Below, piece after piece: positions 21,110-35,089 of a stretch of DNA of 64,000 nucleotides. Origin of the DNA: Octopus bimaculoides (lineage: Eukaryota); contig NC_068982.1 of assembly GCF_001194135.2 (NCBI RefSeq), positions 55,663,070 to 55,727,069 on the forward strand, written 5' to 3'. Numbering within the stretch: position 1 is the first letter of the stretch; every line of letters begins with the position of its first letter. A model generated the notes under the pieces. It saw only the letters and a list, made by a program, of their open reading frames with translations. It had not been told where the DNA came from and did not search any database. A program made the position numbers and the translations under genes.

Positions 21110-21345
21110 ATCTCATCACCTGGTACAAAACCATCTCCTTCAATACTATTTCCCACCTCATTTGAGGTCAAGGTCTTGTCTTGCAAGTTACTTGGTGACC
21201 TCACTGGTGCAGTGCCTTGTACAAAGCACCAGTACAGCAGAGATTGGCACAGTCTCCTAGCTCACCAGCTGATGTCAAACTGTCCAACCTATGCCAGCAT
21301 GGAAAATAAATGTTAACTGGTGAGGATGATAATGATGATGATATA
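21110..21345 (+). mobile_element. Family C retroelement 3' end
   Basis: tcttgcaagttacttggtgacctcactggtg...ccaacctatgccagcatggaaaa...(GAT)n. Other copies at 27475-27590 (-), 36400-36575 (+), 55470-55860 (+) and 59195-59500 (-). Confidence 0.75.
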
Positions 21346-21360
21346 TATATATGTGTGTGT

Positions 21361-21441
<81 letters not shown>

Positions 21442-21487
21442 NNNNNNNNNNTATACACACACACACACACACACACACGTACACACA

Positions 21488-22224
21488 CAGGGGCGAAGGG
21501 TAAATTGTTGCCGTTTTATATTTTTAGTTTCGTGCATGCGCATTGTTTGTTTTTGATTTTGTTGACTACACAGTATAGTAGGGGCACTGTTTGTGAGAAA
21601 AACAGCACCATGACACAATTTACTCTGCCAATAATTTGGAAACAACATGGTGTACTGCTTGGCATTCATGCCGGAAGCTCCAACATGAACAGATGGTGAA
21701 CAAACAGAACAACCATTAGTTTGCTGTGTTACCAAAACATGTACCAAGAGTGATAAAAACCAAACATCCAGTCAACATCCTGGTGTTTGGAGTGATTACT
21801 AGTGATGGTGACGTTATGCCGCCATTCATCTTCCTACATGGCCTCAGACTCAAGATGGAGGCCTACATCTGGCCAGTTATCTCAGACTCAACATGGAGGC
21901 CTACATCTGGCCACCTAACTCCCCAGACTGCCACCCCCTTGATTATTATGTGTGGGGTGCAGTTGAGCGAGAGAACAACAAAACTCCTTGTAACACCAAA
22001 GATGAACTCAAGGCAAGGATTATGGCAGCATTCACCAACTTAAACAGGAGACCATCCGGAAGAGTTGCATGGTTGAAGCCAATGGCGATTTTGTTGAATA
22101 AATTTACTCTTTAATATTTCAAGGTATTTTTATGTAATTTTGGTAAATATGTCTGTTAAAATGAGATGTCAATGTTATTTTCATTTTTGCATAATTTAGA
22201 CAACAATTTGTTCACTGCACCCTG
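21488..22224 (+). mobile_element. Internally deleted Tc1/mariner element of the DD37D (maT) family
   Basis: TIRs caggggcgaagggtaaattgttg / caacaatttgttcactgcaccctg+TA. Peptides KTKHPVNILVFGVITSDGDVMPPFIF and WPPNSPDCHPLDYYVWGAVERENNKTPCNTKDELKARI. Confidence 0.9.
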
Positions 22225-22236
22225 TATATATATATA

Positions 22237-23461
22237 TTGGGTTGTTTGGAAAGTTCTGAATGTTTTTAAGCTAAATCTTTTAATACTTCATTGAACACAC
22301 CTGAAACATAACACAGTTAAAACTTTGGCATTGCTTGAAATAGTAGTGCGTCCTTTCTTTGTTCCTGACTGAAAATAGATTTATTTTTTCATTCTGGTTA
22401 CCCTTCATTGACATTTGAAATGGATAACCAAAAATTTCGTATTCAAGTAATGCTTTCTTTTTTTTTACCAAATGTTGCAAAGACTTGCAAAAACATTAGT
22501 GAATCAACTGTTTGAAGCTGAAGCGTTTAGTGTAGATGACAGTTGCATTGGAAGATCTTCAAAATTGGATGAAGATGTTTTGAAAGCAAAAGTCAGAGAA
22601 AACTCAAATATCACGACTAGAGAACTTGTAGAGGAGTTGGAAGTTTCTAAAAGTATGGCTCATGAACACCTAGGATACAATTCTTGCTATAATGTATGGG
22701 TCCCTCACAAACTCTCAGAAAAGAGTTGCTTGGACCAGTATTCCATTTGTGATATTCTTTTGAAATGGAATGAAAACATGCCTCTTTTGAAACAACTTGT
22801 GACTGGAGATAAAAAATGGATTGTATACGAAAATGTAGTGTGTAAAAGATCCTGGAGTTTGTGTTAGGATCCTCTAAAATAGCAACCAAAGACAAATATC
22901 CATGCCAAAAAAGCTATGCTTTGTGTTTGGTGGGATCATAAAGGCATTATTTATTATGAGCTTCTCCCACAAAACCAGACCATTAATTCTGATGTGTGCT
23001 GTCATCAGCAGGATAATTTGAATAAAAAAAATAAAAGAATTGAGGTTGGATATTTCCAATAGGAATGAAGTTGTGGTCCAACAAGACAGTGCCCGACCAT
23101 GTGTGTCTTTGGCTACCCAAACAAAGTTACATGAATTTGGCTGGGATCTCTTACCCCATCCACCATATTCTCCTGATATTGCGCCATCTGACTGCCACTT
23201 GTTTTTCTCTCTACAGAACTCATTGCAAGGAAAACATTTAAAAATTTAGATGGAGTCAAAATGTATCTCGATGACATTTTTTTCTTCAAAATCACTCAAA
23301 TTTTATGTTGATAGAATATTGAAATTGCTTGATAGATGGGCAAAGGTCATTAATAATAATGGAAATTATTTCATTGGATAAAATTTATTGAAAGGTCAAC
23401 TATTTATATGCCTTTTTGCATATTAAAAAAAAAAACACTCAGAACTTTTCGGACAACCTAA
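22237..23461 (+). mobile_element. Near-full-length degenerate mariner (DD34D), ~1.22 kb
   Basis: TIRs ttgggttgtttggaaagttctgaatg / cactcagaacttttcggacaacctaa with TA flanks. Motifs VWVPHKL, LVTGDKKW and QQDSARP...YSPDIAPSDCHLF (34 residues between the last two D). Confidence 0.95.
22472..23350 (+). pseudogene. mariner transposase pseudogene (stops and frameshifts)
   Basis: ORF pieces 22472-22867 and 23040-23249 carry the HTH, WVPHEL-like, TGDEKW-like and YSPDLAPSD-like motifs. Confidence 0.9.
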
Positions 23462-24678
23462 TATATATAAAAGACAGATGTTAAGTAATGATAACAAAAT
23501 GATGAGTGATTTAGATTTAAAGGAATGTGGCGATAAATATTTCCTATATCAACTTAAATCATAACATTTTATTCTAATAGAAAAATATTTGATTATTTTT
23601 AGAGGTTGGAAGCAACGTTCTTGAATTGGATTCAATAATTTTTTTGCTTCAATGTAAATTTCAATAACTATTTCACATTAGACCATTCCATAAATATTCC
23701 ATTGCCTTTTAAAGTAATTATTTCTATAAGCATTTTTTAGCTTGTATTTGTTTTTCTTTTTTTGGAAAGAAATTCTGATCCACATAGTAAGTTGGTTTTT
23801 CTGTTAATTTCTAAAGTTTGGCACTTTGTCAAAATAATGTGACTACATAATTGTCTCAAGGTGTTTTATTAAAGGGGTTAATGAGTTATAATTTATAGTG
23901 TTTACATTCCCTCTGTTGTTATTGTTATATAAAGTCAAGCCAGTCCTCACTGAGTATGACTATTATCAAACGTGTTCCAGCTATGACCATCCCATCTTAT
24001 TCTAGAGTCCTGCACATTTGTGTCTACATAAGTCAATGTGTTCCCTTTTCAAGAGTCCGGTGTAATTTGATGGCAATTTGGCTGTGATTTCTAGCAGGTT
24101 TTGTAATCAAACAATGGCTCTCTTATTGGCTTTTATTCCTTGTGTATGCATCTTGGGTGTCTTCAAGTTCATTAATCCTTTGGTCACCATCTTTCAGCTG
24201 AAATACACTGCCTTTGTTTCATTAAAGTTTGAAAATAACGATGAATTTAGTAAAATAACTTTGCCATTATTAAGCTGGTGTTTAGAACATAAATTAACAT
24301 GATATTTTGGTGGAAGATTTTAACCTAACCAATGCATTTTTCAGATAGTCTTATTACTTAAAAAAAATGAAATTATTGTTGAACCTAGGACTGAATGGTG
24401 AATACATGTTTAGTTTTTAAACTAAGTGAAATGGGTAACACAAGAATGTAGCTCTGAAAATGTCCCAAGTTCTCTCATATATCTGTATGGTTTTGCATTC
24501 TTTGAAATGTAAACACGTATTCAACTATTATGTATTTCTACCTCTCATTTTCTCTAGATCCACTGCAGGTTGTTATATTAGTCAAGCAATCATTATTCAT
24601 TTTAACGTCCCTTTTTTTCATACTTACATGGGTCAGACAGAATTGATTGAGGCAGATTTTCTTTCTTGTCACCAACCC

Positions 24679-25268
24679 TTAACCCTTTAGTGTTTAAAGC
24701 ATCCATATCTGGTTAAAATATTCTATTTGTTTTATGTTCAAACTGGCCAGATCTAACTTTTCACACCTATCTTACAGTGTCATTTTAAAAATAAATAATC
24801 AGATCATTGAAATTTCAAAGTTACAAGATAATGCATGATTAATTGAAAACTAATTGAAAATTAATTGTGAATAAATAAGCATTATCTTTAACAGAGCATG
24901 AAAGCACATGGCTTAGTGGTTAGGGTATTTGGCTCATGAATGTAAGGTCATGAGTTCAATTTCCAGCTATGCATTGTTTCCTTGAGTAAGACACTTTATT
25001 TCATGTTGCTCCATTCCACTCAACAGGCAAAAAATGAGTAGTACCTATATTTCAAAGGGCCAGCATTGTCACACCCTGTGTCACAATGAATCTCCCTGAG
25101 AATTACATTAAGGGTACATGTGTCTGTGGTGTGCTCAGCCACTTGCACATTGATTTCATTAGCAGGCTATTTCATTGATTGGATCAACTGGAACCCTTGT
25201 CGTCGTAACTGATGGTGTGCAGTTAGTTAGTTATCTTTAACAGAGTAATATGAATGTTAAACGGTTAA
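24679..25268 (+). mobile_element. Second piggyBac-type MITE family, interrupted by a SINE; uninterrupted partial copy at ~31150-31365
   Basis: ttaaccctttagtgttt ... gaatgttaaacggttaa termini. Internal sequence is shared with 31170-31365. Confidence 0.75.
24897..25230 (+). mobile_element. tRNA-derived SINE family D with a 15-bp TSD
   Basis: TSD ttatctttaacagag at 24882-24896 and 25231-25245. Head tggcttagtggttaggg...gagttcaatttcc (A and B boxes). Confidence 0.9.
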
Positions 25269-26321
25269 ATGTTTCCAAGAAAAGTAATATTTCTTCATGA
25301 GCAGACATGTTTTCACAGAAGATTGGAAACAAGGGACACCTCTTGTACGACAGTGATGCATGTTTACAACTATCACATGATGTCAAGACAATGATGTACA
25401 TGCATATATGACAGGCATTTTTTAGTTTTCATCTATCAGATCCACTTACAAGGTTCTGGTCAGACTTGGCTTTATAGTAGATGACACTTACCTAAGGTTC
25501 CACATAGTGGGACTGAACTCAAAACCATGTGGTTAGGAAAAAAACTTAACCATGCAGTCATAGCTGTGCCCCCCCCCCCCCAATCATAAGATATATGTTG
25601 AGTTAAGCAGACATATGAAAATACAAGATTCACATATTAAAAAATATATATAATCTAGTATATGTACACTCTCACATGCATATGTACATACACATAGTAG
25701 TGAGTTACACATCTTTCAGAAATGATAAAAATAATATCCTTTAGACAAAAATAAATCCTGAAGAAAAGTAAGCCTACAGATACAAGTTTCTTATTAATTT
25801 TACATTCCTAAAAGTATAAATAGCTTTGTAAATTCTTGGAATAAGAACAAGATGGCTGAGGAAAAAAATACCTCTAGGGAGAATTCTTTGTACTGAATGC
25901 AAATATGGTAGGGTTTCACATATATAATTTAGAGAGTTGTAAAACTTCGATGAACAGATTATACTAGGAAATTTTTGTCCAGAACACCCACTAATAGTTT
26001 TCAAAATTTAATTTAAGAACAACAAAGAAGCGAGATGACTCTAATAAGATCAGCTTATTGAAATTTTTGCACATCCATAGATCAGTCATGAAACTTTCTG
26101 AATGACACATCTAATAAAAAATTACCTTAAATTTTTTAGTAATGTAGCTTGCCAGATAATATGTCTTATGCAGCCTTTTCTGAAAAAGGTTGCACATGCC
26201 TGCTATAGACAGTGCCAATTGGAGTGGATTTTTGTCTTTATGTTTAACTGGTGAAAGGAATAGACATGTTTGTGTCTTATTAGACTTCTGCATTGGTGAA
26301 GATTCTATTTAGCTGTCAAGA

Positions 26322-27117
26322 ATAGGAGTGATCAGGAACAAAGCAAAACAAGGAAAAATAAAGATATTAACAGTAAAAACAACAGCATATTCCCAGAAAA
26401 AACTGTGTATTCAACAAGATACATCAGAAACCATTCAACAAAACCATCCTCAGCTTCGATGGTAGACCTGACATGACCATAGAGATGGCTGTTTGCCAGG
26501 GTTGTATAGCTCCTCTATCATCCATGCTACCTGTCACAGCTATGCCACAGCTCCCACTCCACAAGTTCTTGGGGGTCTTCAGCTGGTCCCCATTAAGGAA
26601 ACTTTAGATACAGTAATCCTGAGGATTCAAGTGTGGGGAGCTAGAATACTTGATCATGAAGGGGGTGACATAAGCACACAGTTTTCTTGAGTTTTACCAG
26701 ACATGAGTTGCCCTCTCCTCATCATATAGGACTTTGTTTTGGGACCTGTTGGACAAACTTGATCATCATACTGATGCCTGGCAGTTTAGACTGTATCTTC
26801 CTCTTGACCTTAAAAGACATGTCCCTGCCAGAGGACACTAGCTTTTTCCTGACCATAGACACAAAGGACCCAGTTGCATTTAAGAAGCTAGTGATCTCTG
26901 AATCACTGTGGTCAGCAGCAAGAGTCATGTGCACAATATACCTTTTTATTTCTCATTCCAGATTGGAATCACCAGTGTAGTTGCTGTTGTCATATGTGAA
27001 AGACAAAGATGAAAGTTAAAATTTGGCATTTGGCTCATGCCATGTAACATTACATAAGGCTGTCTTCCAGTTACAACCCCCTTATATTTGTTTATAAATA
27101 TTCAGCACATCGTGTAT
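26322..27117 (-). mobile_element. Degenerate DD37D/maT-type Tc1/mariner derivative
   Basis: N-terminal HTH-like peptide LAADHSDSEITSFLNATGSFVSMVRKKL...FVQQV, then SSSPHLNPQDYC (a WPPxSPDLNPLDY relic) and IEAEDGFVE at the C-terminus. Confidence 0.7.
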
Positions 27118-27432
27118 AGTAATAGAAGTAGAGTAATGGACCTAATTATGAATATCAACAATAAAACGCAATAATATGGCTGATGAAGATAATTTTGGAG
27201 CATTCTGTATATGGAATACAAATATGGTCAATATGGACAGTGCAGATTGCAGTGTATCTGGAAATCTTTAATTCAACTACGTATTATTTTGAGAATGAAT
27301 TATATGAAGTATTTTTAGTATATGCTTACTGTCTACATTTCTGTGTTTTAAAGATTTGCCAATTCTGAACTGTTGTTATCAATTCTATATTAGGTAATGA
27401 GTATTGTTCCTTCACATTTATGTGTATGTGTA

Positions 27433-27473
<41 letters not shown>

Positions 27474-28387
27474 CCATCATTATCATTTAACACCTGTTTT
27501 CCATGCTGGTATAGGTTGGATGGTTTGACTGAAAACTGGTAAACTGGGGAGCAGCACCAGGATTCAATCTGATTTGGCATGGTTTGATCCTTGGATCTTA
27601 CCTTTACACATACACCCACCCACATACCNNNNNNNNNNNNNNNNNNNNNNNNNNNNNNNNNNNNNNNNNNNNNNNNNNNNNNNNNNNNNNNNNNNNNNNN
27701 NNNNNNNNNNNNNNNNNNNNNNNNNNNNNNNNNNNNNNNNNNNNNNNNNNNNNNNNNNNNNNNNNNNNNNNNNNNNNNNNNNNNNNNNNNNNNNNNNNNN
27801 NNNNNNNNNNNNNNNNNNNNNNNNNNNNNNNNNNNNNNNNNNNNNNNNNNNNNNNNNNNNNNNNNNNNNNNNNNNNNNNNNNNNNNNNNNNNNNNNNNNN
27901 NNNNNNNNNNNNNNNNNNNNNNNNNNNNNNNNNNNNNNNNNNNNNNNNNNNNNNNNNNNNNNNNNNNNNNNNNNNNNNNNTATATATATATATATATATA
28001 TATAATTTATGTCATAAGAACTTAGAAACTTTGAGAGAATGTGAAATAATTCTCCTTTGAATGGTGAAACTTGAAGCAGATTAAAATAAATAATGGATTA
28101 AAAATAAAAACCCTTTGGATAGGAAAAGTTAAAGGCTGTCTTTGGGATTTGAACCCAAATCTTCTGTAAACATAGCAAATGTTCAACCATTGAACCAAAG
28201 CAATTCCTCAAATTTCTCTCACCATTTTAGAAACTTTATTCTTAACAGTGAGAATTGTGTGTTGATGCAATGGTGGAATGTCTGTTATGTTTACCGAGTC
28301 CCATGGGCAGCCTTCAACTTTTTCTATCCAAAAGGGTATTGAGTTAAAATAACTCAATATTTACTTGCTATTATTTATAGCTTTAAC

Positions 28388-28575
28388 TAAGGCAGTAAGC
28401 TGGTAGAACTGTTAGCACTTCAGGCAAAATGCTTCGTGGTATATCGTCCGTCCTTGTGTTCCGAGTTCAAATTCTGCTGAGGTCGACTTTGCTTTCTTTC
28501 TTTTGGAGTCAATGAAATAAGTACCAGTTACGCTTGCACAATTTCAGCCCTTGTGCCTATAGTAGAATGGGTTAT
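28388..28575 (+). mobile_element. SINE family A
   Basis: aaggcagtaagctggtagaactgttagcac...ccgagttcaaattctgctgaggtcgactttg. Confidence 0.85.
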
Positions 28576-31399
28576 TCATAGCTTTATCTGCTTTGTGTTC
28601 CTCTGTTCAAAAAAAAGTTTCTAAATTCTTATGTCAATAATATGCTATTCTCACTGGTAAGAATAAAGTTTGTTAACTGGATAGAGAAATTCACATGGTT
28701 GCTTTAGTCCAATAGTAGAACATCTGTCATGTTTAAAGAAGATGTGGGTTAACTCTTGGTAACATGTTTCAGCAAAATTTCTTGCAGTGGTCCTAGACAT
28801 AGGAATATTTAAACTCATTTGGGGAATTTGTAAACTCTTGACAGAATATTCACGAAAGTTTAAAGATGTTCCTTTTGTTTATTCCATTTTTTCCTTTTTT
28901 TTTTTTGCTTTTTCTTTCTCCTTATTTCAATGGTAGTCTTGTATATATTTATTTCTGATTTAATTAGGATTTGGAACAATGATTTCACTTGTTTTAGCTA
29001 TATGGTGTAAACATTTCTGAAATATTTACTCCATTTCTAATGATTATTTTCACTCGAATATATATCGCTACATATTTTTCTTTCCATTTTATTAGTCTCT
29101 CTTGCTTCATTTCCAAATAATCAATTTGGAAACAAAGCAAGAAACTGTGTTGATCAACCAGAGTACCATTGGGGCACATATCCCTTATTAGCTCCTTTCT
29201 AAATTAGTGTTCTCTTTAGGCATTTTTCCAAGTTTTTCTGCTTGAATGGTGTTGTATTTTTCTTTTGAACTTCTTAGTTTTTATCTTAGAGCTCCTCACC
29301 AAAATAATCATGTTTGTTGAAGAGTAACTTAAGGTGAAATCTTTATTTAACATGCTCTTTGCCAAAAGTAAATAGAAAGTATCTGGCACAATTTATCACC
29401 CTATTTAGCTACTCAACACATCGTACACTCTCAACTGTTTTTCGTTTTTTTTCTCCTCCCAAGTTTAGATTTTCATTGAAGCTTTGTTGCTTTATAAATC
29501 TCTATCTAAAATTAAGGCTTCACTGATTTCTAAAACAATTTCAGATTAAATCACCTTGGAAATAATGTTTGGAAGACTATTGTATGTTAAATACAGGGAG
29601 ATGGATTATGGAATTCTTTTGTTAAGATTCACTGTAGCTTACAGATATTATGCACCACTTAGAAGAAAACCCAGAAGCTATGTATCATAGCTTCACAGTT
29701 CTGAATTGAATATATCGATTAAATTCATTGTCTCCTCACCATTTCAACATTGAGAAGTAAGAGATGTAATGTTATTGCTTGATCTCTTAGTATATAAATC
29801 AGTGTGAAAATCCACTGAAGAAATAAGACTTGTATTTGAAGAATATTCATTTGACTGGAGCATATTTTTCTTTCAAATACAGACAAAAAAATAAATAGAA
29901 AAAAATACTGTTTTTTAGCTTAAATCACTTAACATTTCTAAAATATATATTTTTTGTAAATTCTTAAAACCACATTAACCCTTTTGTTAACGTATTTATT
30001 TTGAGATGCTCTGTGTTTCTTTCAATTAATTTTAAATATACAAGAATTTAGTAAAATAACTTTGTAATCATTAAGTTAATGTTAGGAACATAAGTTGTGA
30101 TTAAGGTTTAATGGAAGATTTTAATTCAAAACTAATGAAAACAAGACATATGTACTACAGAGCCAGAGGTGGTTTCAGCCAGGTTGGTATCAAAAGAGTG
30201 GTTTCAAAAGGGTTAAAAGAAAAAAGACCTGGTCTTTTATCATCATGAATTGAATACTTGAACATATATTTTATTTCATCTATCCAATTTTCCCTCTTCA
30301 ATTTGAAAGATGTATTTGATAACTAATCCCTTAAGAAAAGTATGAAATCTCAAATTTCTAACATCACTTTGCCTATAAATATAGAGCTCTGTATATGTGC
30401 GACTTGTACATAAAAAAAATTGATTTTCTCTCTCTCATTTTGTGCCTTTCCCTTGGATAACATCAGTGGTGTGGAAAGGGGAGGCTGGTATGCATGGGCA
30501 ACTGATGATCTTCAATAAACAACCTTGCCTGGACTCGTGCCTCGGAGGGGAACTTTATAAGTACAATCCCAATGTCCTTTATGACTGAAGGGGGTGTTTA
30601 CTTTTTTATATATTTCCAGAGATGTGCTTTTAATAGTTATACAATTTTTGTTTATAGCTACAGACACCAGGTGCTCTCTCACGCACATACACGTGCATGG
30701 CTGGCTATTTTCATAGTAGAGTGTTCCATACACAAATTAAACAAAAATAAACTTAGAAACACCCCGCCAGGGTGTACTTGACTTTTTTTTCTTACTCTTT
30801 CACGTGCTTATTATATTTGATCTTTCTCTCTCTTTCTCTTAGTATGCATGTATTTCTTTGTGTGTGTGTGTGTGTGTTTGTGTGTAAGCATCTTCATTTT
30901 AATATTGTTTTTATTTGATAGTGAGATATCGGCATGCTGGTATGATATCTATCAGTAATCATCTTGCTCATCTGTCATCTCTTATGTCAAGTGTAATATC
31001 TTGAGATCTGATCTCACTATAACTTTTCTTGTCTTGCTCAGTTTTCCTCTCCTATAGGAACCCTGACAACATCCAGTAACATTCATGATGTAGTAGGACT
31101 GCATATTTTATATGTCTGCTGTGTTCATCTGACTCCGCTTGATGAACACAGCATTTAAATTGGTTGTATCCAAATATTATTCTATCTGTTTTATACTCAA
31201 ACTAGCCAGACCTGGCCTCTCACACCTACCCTACAATGTCATTCTAAAAATATACAATCACATTATCAACATTTTGGAGTGATTAGATGATGTATGATTA
31301 ATTCAAAACTATGTGAATAAATAAGCATTATATTTGATAAAATAATTTGAATGCTAAAGGATTAACCCAGCCACCAGTTTGATGTAGGGGTTGGCTTAT

Positions 31400-34000
31400 G
31401 CATTTGAGCAAATCTTCTGGAAGTAAAGAACATCATAAAACTATAGCATTATTAGGATGAGTGCTTTACTGTGGGACTTTATTTGTGAACTTGAGCCAAT
31501 ACTTACTAGATACATTATATACATGGCCGCTTTAGTTCTAATACAGATATGAAATGTCACTATAAGCACAATCACTTCTGAATACTTTGGCTAATGTCTT
31601 TGATATCTAATTGCACTTCACATCTGCTCAGCCGCTCATATATTTCAGACCAAATGGATAATTTTTACCTAATTTCTCTCCAGATTTGCTACCCATGTCT
31701 TATTAGCATATGGCATTACAATTTTTATACATGGTTCATATAGTTCACCTTCTGCACAAAGAAAGAAGCCCTATTATTTTAACAATAGAAGCAACAAGTA
31801 TCTAAACCCTTCTATCTTTACTTTAGTTAAAGCTCTTGCTGGATTCACCTGTCAGTTTCACATATTTCACTGCAGTTTTTGTGTACCGGTTGCTTGCACT
31901 GATTATTTTAGTATCAAGTTTCTGCTTACTTACTTCCTACTGAGCAATAACACAAGGGATTTGTGCTCTCTCTTACTTACTAGCACTTTGGTTGTCACCA
32001 TTGTAACTTCTAGGCCTTTTGATTCTAGGCTGTGTTTCCTGATTTTAAGCTTTTTCTGCAACTCTTCAGCAAATATTGATATCAGAACTAGGTTATCAAC
32101 CCCTAAAAGCTCACAAATACAATAGTCATAAGTTACAGTTTCAAAGACTACACTAAATGGAAGGGTGTTGTGACTGGAACCTTAGTGGTCACCCTCACTG
32201 CCAATTCTTGGTAACAGAAGGTTCACATGTAGTTTGTGTGACTTCCACAAGCCATCCATTTACACTTAATTTTCTTAGATCACAGAGCGAGGAATCCTGT
32301 CAAAAGATCTCGTTGGACTTATAAAATGTAAACAAGTGTAATTTATTCTAAAAATTTCTCTTGTAGTTGGCTTAATATAGCATCATTAGTGCTACCAGCC
32401 ATTGTATGATGATGGGAATATTGCAAGAGAGACAGTGTCTCTTATCAGCTCGTAGCACACCCTGTCTGGTTTCTATGACTGAAGAGGTGATAACTATTCT
32501 GAAATGCTTGCCTCTCACAGTCTGGGTAGATGAATCTGCAAGCTGATTTTATTGTGTGTACACCTGTCTGTCTACAGTGAGAAATTTTCTCCATGACAAA
32601 ACACAGTGAATGGCTTTCTTATGGGTTTGAATATACCCTGAGCATATTTGAACTGGTAATAGCCTTGTATTTATAAATATCACTGCTTAGTGTTGCCACC
32701 CCACTATAGCATTGATGACTCCATGAAAGAAGGGAAGTCAGCTGCTTAGTGAAGATAGTTTCCCTTATGTGCTAAAGCTATTGGTTCATAGAAGTGTTTT
32801 TCCTTTTCTCCCCATCATTTGCTGCTGCTAGAACAGCCTTTCCTCTAATATACTTGTTAGTTATGTACTCCAGTTTATCCTTCCAATCAGACTAATCTAC
32901 ACATCTGTTTCTCTTCACAGTATCCTTACCATGTCTTATATCCCAGATATTACACTAAACTCTTTAGTCACACTCTCCACAGCTGCTACACTCTGAGATC
33001 TCTCTCTTCTCACATTTGTTTCTGCAGGCATCAGCCTACAGGGTTCAAATTGAATATCAATCATGTAGATTGGTATTCATTGCATTAGGTCATAGACTTT
33101 CCCCTCATCCATTAACTAAAAACCCTAACTTCATCTTCTCCAGGCTAACTCTATCTTAAACTAACTCTCACAGTTACTGTCAATTTTTAATCTATCAGTT
33201 TGAAGCCTCAGTGATTTTACTTTCCCCATGGCAGCAGTATTGTTTGTGTAGCAGTTACAAAGTTTATTTCTTAATGCTTTTTATTCATACAAACACAGAG
33301 TTTTGTGATATGGGACAGTTCAAAGTGTATTCCCTGCTCTCTGTTCTTCTCTCTCTTCAATCTAGCTACATATAACAGCTTGCTTCTACCTAGCTCTTGA
33401 TGTTGCTCCTTTCTAAGCCACTTTCTTGTTTCCAAGCCTGTTATTGAACTCTTATAGTCTTATATACTGCATTATCATTTACTGTCTAGCTGGAGCCCTA
33501 ATCCATTCACAGAACAAATTGTTCTTTAAGAATAACCAGCTGTTCTCTATCTTATAATTCTTATATTTTTCTCTATCATTATAAGTATCAGTTCAACCCT
33601 GCAGTGAAATCTTTTTATCTATACCTTCATTCTCCTCTTTTGTTCCCAAATCTGCCTCAACCACAACCTAAAATGGCTAACCAGTAATGTATAGTGAGGG
33701 ATTCATTCTTCATAATTGAGGGATTGTGTTCACATCATTGATTTCTTTCTATTTCCAGATAAGAACAAAGTTGTCAGTTGGTTGGCTATCTTTCTGAAGT
33801 CGATATTGAAAATGGCAACATGATTTCCTTTAGAGAATTCAAGAGTCTCGATCCCCCTTCATATTGTGTGCTACATAGCTTTCATGCAGACAAGTGTACT
33901 TGTCCTGTTGTTTCCTGACCCATAATGACAATATTGTCACTAGCTTTCAGTGCAGCCTACTGTTTACTGTATTTTCCAGAATACAAATCAACATGATATA
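31400..34000 (-). mobile_element. Highly decayed RTE LINE (RT region ~31400-32130; probable upstream part to ~34000)
   Basis: The minus strand near 32100 reads CELLGVDNLVLISIFAEELQKKLKIRKHSLESKGLEVTMVTTKVLVS, the same family as 37007-37600. Assignment of the upstream part is weaker. Confidence 0.55.
32410..32705 (+). mobile_element. MITE family; second copy at 34675-34990
   Basis: A ~230-bp direct repeat (tctcttatcagc...ctacagtgagaaattttctccatgacaaaa). The 3' end atttataaatatcactgcttagtg is the reverse complement of the 5' end cactaagcagtgatatgtataaat of copy 2. Confidence 0.7.
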
Positions 34001-34167
34001 TAGTGTAAACATTCAAACATTGTCACTGTCTTTCCAAATCTTTCTGCATTTCATATGGAATTTTTGGTTCTCCAAAGTTGTCTTGGTGTATAAGTTGACC
34101 TACCTTTTTTTTTTTTTGGCTGTAAATTTTGGTCTGGAAAATTCAACTTGTATGCTGAAAATACAGT
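33965..34167 (+). mobile_element. Tc2/pogo-like MITE; copies at 60228-60417 (+) and 46158-46240 (partial, -)
   Basis: TIRs tactgtattttccagaatacaa / ttgtatgctgaaaatacagt. Shared core gaatttttggttctccaaagt. Confidence 0.7.
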
Positions 34168-35089
34168 GCTTTGCCCATTACTTATCTAAGTTTAATTATT
34201 TTATCAGTTATCTTGACTGCTCTGGTGTTTACACCTACTATATCAGAGGTATTACTCATTCATAAAATTTATACTTATGTTATTTATCTGTGAGGAGTCT
34301 AACTGAATCACCCTGCCATATCATTTTTTGCATACAGCACATACATCACCCTTACACCTCAGCAGCCTCACCAGTCCCTATCTTTCATCATGCCATCATT
34401 ATTAGTGGGGATAAAATTCAAAATCAGAAAATGAGTTGTTACTATTAGTTTTACCTGATGATGCTTGAAGAGAGAATACTAACCTTCCTATATGCTGTTT
34501 TGATGTAATAGATGTTAATCCTGTTAATGCAATTAATGTTACAAATCAGTATCCTGTGTTTTATAGCTAATTGGCAGGAATTGCTTGACCAGATGTCCTT
34601 TCGGCTGTGAGCCCTATTAGAGTAAACTAAATATATTTATTGTATCATTGGCTCTAGAGATATTACGAGGTGGGAGCACTAAGCAGTGATATGTATAAAT
34701 GCAATGTTATTACTGGTTATTACAGTGAGCTGATGTATGACTGAAATAACATAAGAGAGACTGTCTCTCTTATCAGCTTGCAGCATCCTGTCCAGTTTCT
34801 GTGACTCAAGAGGAGATAACCACTCCAAAATACTTGCATCTCACAGTCTGGATAGGTGGCACTGTGAGCTGATTTAAGTGTATTTACACCATTTGTCTAC
34901 AGTGAGAAATTTTCTCCATGACAAAATTCAGTGAATGGTTTGTTTATAAGTTTGAATTTGTTACTGGCATATTCAAACTTTCAAACTAGTAATAACTACA
35001 CTAGAGATATTGTTTTGTAAGATGAAGAGCCCTCTCTACCCTGAATCAGTTTTAATTCAGATTAGCTGCTCAATTGACACTGAAAAAGA

